From the IMG/VR virus record IMGVR_UViG_3300025708_000562: a stretch of DNA of 20,000 nucleotides, one strand, 5' to 3'. A program made the translations under genes and the position numbers. This document shows, piece after piece, positions 16,104 through 20,000 of the stretch (the stretch's first letter is position 1; each line of letters opens with the position of its first letter). The stretch is from an uncultured virus (IMG/VR IMGVR_UViG_3300025708_000562). Taxonomy: Duplodnaviria; Heunggongvirae; Uroviricota; Caudoviricetes. The notes beneath the pieces were generated by a model. It had not been told where the DNA came from and made no database searches. It was given only the letters and a program-made list of their open reading frames with translations.

Positions 16104-16188
16104 GCCCGGCAGGCGATGGGCCTGCCGGGCATGACTCGTTGCTTTGGTCGTTCTCGCACCCGCCCGGCGGAGACCACCCCCGCCGGGC
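16104..16188 (-). promoter_or_regulatory. Twin GCCCGGC hairpins (terminator, attenuator or mRNA-stabilising element)
   Basis: Perfect 11-bp stem 16104-16114/16120-16130 and 9-bp stem 16162-16170/16180-16188 in intergenic DNA. Confidence 0.55.
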
Positions 16189-16195
16189 AATTCGT

Positions 16196-16393
16196 TTACT
16201 CTTCGTCGTCGCCTGTGGCTATCCCCGCTTCAGTCAGCAGGGCTTCGATAACAACATGGCCATGACTTATCAACGCGTCCTGTATGCGCTTCTCATTGCG
16301 CCGCAAGAACTCTTCCGCCCGTTGATCGCTCAGTTGTGGCGCCAGGCTTTGAACGTCTCCCGGCCGCCATGCGATCTTTGCGTAATCTGTCAT
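16196..16393 (-). CDS. 65-aa phage hypothetical protein
   Basis: Start reassigned to ATG 16393 (GGAGG RBS, ATGA overlap). MTDYAKIAWRPGDVQSLAPQLSDQRAEEFL... Confidence 0.75.
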   Translation of the reverse strand: MTDYAKIAWRPGDVQSLAPQLSDQRAEEFLRRNEKRIQDALISHGHVVIEALLTEAGIATGDDEE

Positions 16394-16587
16394 GACCTTG
16401 ACCTCCATATCTTCCCGCGCAACCACTGCGCGATTAGATAGCCGAGAAAAGCGCCCACGGCGGCGGCGGGAATGGTCACCCACGACACGCCGGGAGAAAT
16501 AAGCTTGGCTACAGCTAGTGTCCCACCAGTATAAAGCGCCGTCAATCCCGCATTGTACAAGGTGCGACCGAGTGATTTCCGTTCCAC
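16390..16587 (-). CDS. Small two-TM membrane protein, holin-like
   Basis: GGAGGAG RBS with GTG start. Two hydrophobic segments and a basic C-terminus (WLRGKIWRSRS). Adjacent to a papain-like amidase gene. Confidence 0.55.
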   Translation of the reverse strand: MERKSLGRTLYNAGLTALYTGGTLAVAKLISPGVSWVTIPAAAVGAFLGYLIAQWLRGKIWRSRS

Positions 16588-16588
16588 G

Positions 16589-17158
16589 TCACTCCTCCAG
16601 ATGGTTTATCCTGAAGAAATCCGCATGCATCGCAAAGTCGCAAGGCAGCGTCTTCCTCTCAGGTATGCCGGGGAGCACATCGCGCCCCAGCGAGTGCGAT
16701 AGCAATAGCCTAGCCCCCGTCGAGCATACGCGATTGCGCGAGCCAAAGTCTAGCTTGTGCAACCACGGCCAACGGAAGGCGATTAACTCGCCTAGATCAT
16801 ATAGCGTGCCATCATAGCGCATAGAAGCATCCATGATCGAGTGCTGCAGCTTGTTCAACGAAAACCTAGGGCGATAAACCCTCAGCCCGGGCCATTTTAG
16901 CATCTCTTGCGTGACGTAGAAATGCCTAGCTGCCGGGCCGGTGAATTCAAAACCGATACACCTATCAGCATCACTCTCTACGCACAGCCTAACGTGATCA
17001 GCCTTCAGCTCATTATCCAATGCGCCAGGATAGCGCTTACGCGACAGGCGCATCAACTCACGATGAAAATAGCGGTTCCAAAACTCTTTGAATCCCCCGC
17101 CAGGCTCGCGCCAGGTGAGGATGACATCACCGGGCAGCAACGGTAGACGACTCATCAA
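16589..17158 (-). CDS. Permuted papain-like amidase (YiiX/YebB-type NlpC/P60)
   Basis: LLPGDVIL ... HVRL (His) ... GTLYD ... VCS (Cys) ... P.D: the His-before-Cys order of circularly permuted NlpC/P60 enzymes. Confidence 0.75.
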   Translation of the reverse strand: MMSRLPLLPGDVILTWREPGGGFKEFWNRYFHRELMRLSRKRYPGALDNELKADHVRLCVESDADRCIGFEFTGPAARHFYVTQEMLKWPGLRVYRPRFSLNKLQHSIMDASMRYDGTLYDLGELIAFRWPWLHKLDFGSRNRVCSTGARLLLSHSLGRDVLPGIPERKTLPCDFAMHADFFRINHLEE

Positions 17159-17165
17159 GTCCTCC

Positions 17166-19265
17166 TTAGTTCACAGGCTTAACCACGATGTGGTCCCAAT
17201 AGCCAATATCGTCCAATAATTTAGACAGCCGCTCTCGCAGGTCTTTGCGGAGAGCTCTATCATCTGCCCACCCAGTCTCGTTCCGTGTGCGCAGGTGTTC
17301 GAGTACCGCACCCACGGTTTCATCCATGCACGGCTCATCCCGATAGCGATCCAGGAGATCACGTACAGCCCTTGACTGCTCGGGGTTGCCGAAAACGAGA
17401 ATCCGGTGGAGGCCGACGAAGCCTATGCGTCCACCGGTGTAGTTAGAAACGGTTTCCACCTGTATGTTCCACAATAATGAATACACCAGAATGCGCTCCA
17501 TCTCTGGAGAGCGGAAGTCCTGCGGGATGTGGACATAGGCATTATCAAAAGCTAGGGGCGTAGGAACAATAGCCCGCTGGCCCACGAGTGTTGACCACAG
17601 ACTGTAGATAATCTCGGATGGAACGCCGTTTGAAAGAGCTTCTACCGTAACATTAACCGGCAAAACCCTAGCTCCCGGCATTCTAGCTCCTTCACGATAC
17701 TCGGGACACGAGTAGATAGCTGGATAGGGGTCATTCATTGCGGTGCTACACCGCACCAAAAGGTTATGACCATCACAGTCTTCTGCGTATGCGTTCCAAA
17801 CATCCTTCAAGAATGTACCTTCTCCGAGTTTGACTGTCTGGCCTTCAATCCGAAATTCGATATCCAGGTGTTGTGTTCGTCCTCCAAACTTCCAGATTGT
17901 GAATGCTATCGGTTTGTCCGAGTTTACTTCATTAAACTCCGATCCACGGATAACAAGACCTGAATAGAAATCAAAGTTTTCTAGCAGTATTGAGAGGCAA
18001 GCGTTGTAACTTCTCCGACCGAGAAAGAGTCCGAGAGGAGAGAAGAAGGCAAGATACCCTGTCCCTAATTGTTTCATCACTTCAATAAGCTGTCCAATTG
18101 CGGGAAGCATACGATCTTGTCTTCCATACTGCTTAAGATTCTCAGGGGGATCAACACGCATTCCGGCAATATGCTGGTCATCATGTACCGGACTTTTCTT
18201 ACTCCGACTAGAGCCAAACGGCGGGTTCGTGAATATCACCGACCGCTCGGTCCACACGTCTCTCAAGCCCCAACGATCTATCAACTCCTCGGCGGAAAAC
18301 GCATTGATGCAGTCTATATTATCAGCCCGCCACGCAGTCCCCTCGAAGGTCATGCGTGCGATTTCTATGTCCTCCAGCGAGATATCGTTCATTATCCCCG
18401 GAGTGTCCACGAATGGAGTCACGAGTGACCCGCTCCCCGCATAGGGTTCGAGTATGAAGTCCGGGTCCACATGTTGAAGGATGATGTCATGCACGCGGTT
18501 CGCCAACTCCGGCTTCGTGTAGAACTTGCCGAGCACGCGGCGATCCTCAATGCGATCATACTCATCGAAATGCGCGCGCAGGACTTCAACTGATCGCGGC
18601 GTGACTCTAAGCGCCTTAACGAAAGACTCATCCTCGGGGCGTATCCTCTTGGCACGCACCGTGGAGCCGTCAATGTTATCAGAAATACCACCAGTACGCA
18701 GTAGGACTATCTCGCCTTGATTAATGTATACGTCGGCGATCTTGAGGATCAGCTCTCGCACATCGACATCGTAACGCTCAAGCCTAGACATGATATACAT
18801 GACATTGCGCTCGTTGATGAATACATAAGGCGAGTGAAAATCGAGTGGCTCGTCGTAATGATTAATGGCAAATGGCGTGCCCAATATCGCCTGCGCTTCA
18901 GCATTGCGATTATGCGGCACTGACGATGGGGCTAGTGTTAATGACGGATCTATTGATCTGGCGAACTCCTGCAATAAGCCATACTCAGGCACGTTGAAGA
19001 ATTGTATCTCGCTATCATTAGCCACGCCTAGCATTTGCGGGGTGAAGTTGCGCTCTCCATCGCTTCCGAATTCTCGATAGACGCCGTACAGCAATTGAGC
19101 ATACCCGCCCGCCTTAGGTTTCACCTCGATAAAAATGCCATGCAAGCTATCTCGTATATCACAGAAATAAGAGCTAGGGCATACTTGAAACGTGAAGTCG
19201 CCACTGGAGATTTTCCGCGCGATTTTCCGTTGCAAGTCGCGTTCGTCGTAGTGTCTGATCTGCAT
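17166..19265 (-). CDS. Fused endonuclease / N6-adenine DNA methyltransferase (Type IIG restriction-modification-like)
   Basis: N-terminal D..(IF)IEVK..AQL resembles a PD-(D/E)xK site. MTase motif X GKFYT, motif I ILEPYAGSGSL and motif IV TNPPF occur in gamma order. The C-terminal region is a putative target recognition domain. Confidence 0.8.
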   Translation of the reverse strand: MQIRHYDERDLQRKIARKISSGDFTFQVCPSSYFCDIRDSLHGIFIEVKPKAGGYAQLLYGVYREFGSDGERNFTPQMLGVANDSEIQFFNVPEYGLLQEFARSIDPSLTLAPSSVPHNRNAEAQAILGTPFAINHYDEPLDFHSPYVFINERNVMYIMSRLERYDVDVRELILKIADVYINQGEIVLLRTGGISDNIDGSTVRAKRIRPEDESFVKALRVTPRSVEVLRAHFDEYDRIEDRRVLGKFYTKPELANRVHDIILQHVDPDFILEPYAGSGSLVTPFVDTPGIMNDISLEDIEIARMTFEGTAWRADNIDCINAFSAEELIDRWGLRDVWTERSVIFTNPPFGSSRSKKSPVHDDQHIAGMRVDPPENLKQYGRQDRMLPAIGQLIEVMKQLGTGYLAFFSPLGLFLGRRSYNACLSILLENFDFYSGLVIRGSEFNEVNSDKPIAFTIWKFGGRTQHLDIEFRIEGQTVKLGEGTFLKDVWNAYAEDCDGHNLLVRCSTAMNDPYPAIYSCPEYREGARMPGARVLPVNVTVEALSNGVPSEIIYSLWSTLVGQRAIVPTPLAFDNAYVHIPQDFRSPEMERILVYSLLWNIQVETVSNYTGGRIGFVGLHRILVFGNPEQSRAVRDLLDRYRDEPCMDETVGAVLEHLRTRNETGWADDRALRKDLRERLSKLLDDIGYWDHIVVKPVN

Positions 19266-19272
19266 GCCGCCC

Positions 19273-19359
19273 TCACTTTCTAGTTAGCAGTAGGTATAAT
19301 ATTGCCGGTGCGAGAAGCACGGCAAGCATAACAGCGATTACCCACAAAGCAGCCGTCAT
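19273..19359 (-). CDS. 28-aa single-TM hydrophobic peptide MTAALWVIAVMLAVLLAPAILYLLLTRK, not in the ORF track
   Basis: AAGGAGGG RBS (19366-19373), ATG 19359 and TGA 19273-19275, ending 7 nt before the MTase start. Confidence 0.7.
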   Translation of the reverse strand: MTAALWVIAVMLAVLLAPAILYLLLTRK

Positions 19360-19545
19360 TGCGGTCCCTCCTTGCTTATGCCCTTTCGGGCATTATGGTA
19401 CGCGCGGCTCTCTACAAGGTGCGCTATCACCGGCAAGAGAAGTATAAAAGCCACGTCGATAAATGATGTTCGGTTCTATTCCGTTGACAAACCCGACAGC
19501 CTAAATCACCTCTCAAGCTAGATTAGAGTGCGAGAGGATGTGTGT

Positions 19546-19803
19546 ATGGTGATTAGAATCCTCACCCGTGGTGAACCTAGTTCATCTAAGGTGTTCACCG
19601 GAAAGTATAACACTGAACCCGAACACGACTGGGAAGTGTACAGCACCGTTCCGGGGGTTATTCTAGTACAATGCCGAGACTGCGATCTTCGGGGTTACAT
19701 TGAAGTATACTCTGACAAGGAGTGGTACAGAGCCTTCATGCCCCATCCAACCCCTATCGATGGGATGGCCCGGATCGAGTGGTTCTCGAAGAGGTTAGTC
19801 TAA
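19546..19803 (+). CDS. Small hypothetical protein with H..CxxC (possible zinc binding)
   Basis: HDWEVYS..VQCRDC..EW..AF. Likely ATG 19546 after GAGGA; alternative GTG 19528. Confidence 0.6.
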   Translation: MVIRILTRGEPSSSKVFTGKYNTEPEHDWEVYSTVPGVILVQCRDCDLRGYIEVYSDKEWYRAFMPHPTPIDGMARIEWFSKRLV

Positions 19804-20000
19804 TGGCACCCTTGTGGACTATCTTCTATGCTTCTTTTGAGAAGGGTGTATCTGAGGCTTGCCGGTTATTTTTCGTACAGACGATGCAGCAACTGCTTGG
19901 ACACTAACTATCTCGAAAGTCCCATTATTACCATGGTAATGAAAATCCATGAATCGAAGGAAATCACGACCTAACAATCCTTTATGCTCGTTGGGTCTTC

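Noticed and set aside
19484..19512. TTGACA -35 box upstream of the last + strand ORF
   Set aside because: No acceptable -10 hexamer at 16-18 bp spacing.
1..20000. Stop-codon reassignment as seen in some large phages
   Set aside because: Long ORFs tile densely under the standard code, and TAA, TAG and TGA all end genes at coupled junctions.

Overview
This window looks like part of a large myovirus-like (contractile-tailed) phage or prophage genome using the standard genetic code and strong GGAGG ribosome-binding sites. A + strand tail/baseplate operon contains a probable tape-measure C-terminus, a tube-initiator-like protein, a hub-like protein, a sigma70-family sigma factor, a 611-aa helical protein, a gp25-like wedge and a baseplate-J-like wedge. 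A 3.7-kb antisense island interrupts it. The island holds nine tandem, tightly packed paralogous small genes with conserved ends (PxxW; H-x7-RRAxxALxNxARxxGYEF) and highly variable middles, followed by an NYN/LabA-type ribonuclease gene. After the baseplate genes lies a ~500-nt non-coding stretch (about 14130-14630, - strand) packed with stems and pseudoknots, with its own AT-rich promoter and terminator; it is a candidate large structured ncRNA that I cannot assign to a known class. The right third is a - strand accessory cluster: a fused nuclease/N6-adenine methyltransferase (Type IIG-like), a permuted papain-like NlpC/P60 enzyme, a holin-like protein, a 28-aa hydrophobic peptide and several hypotheticals. 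All family calls come from motifs read by eye; no searches were run.
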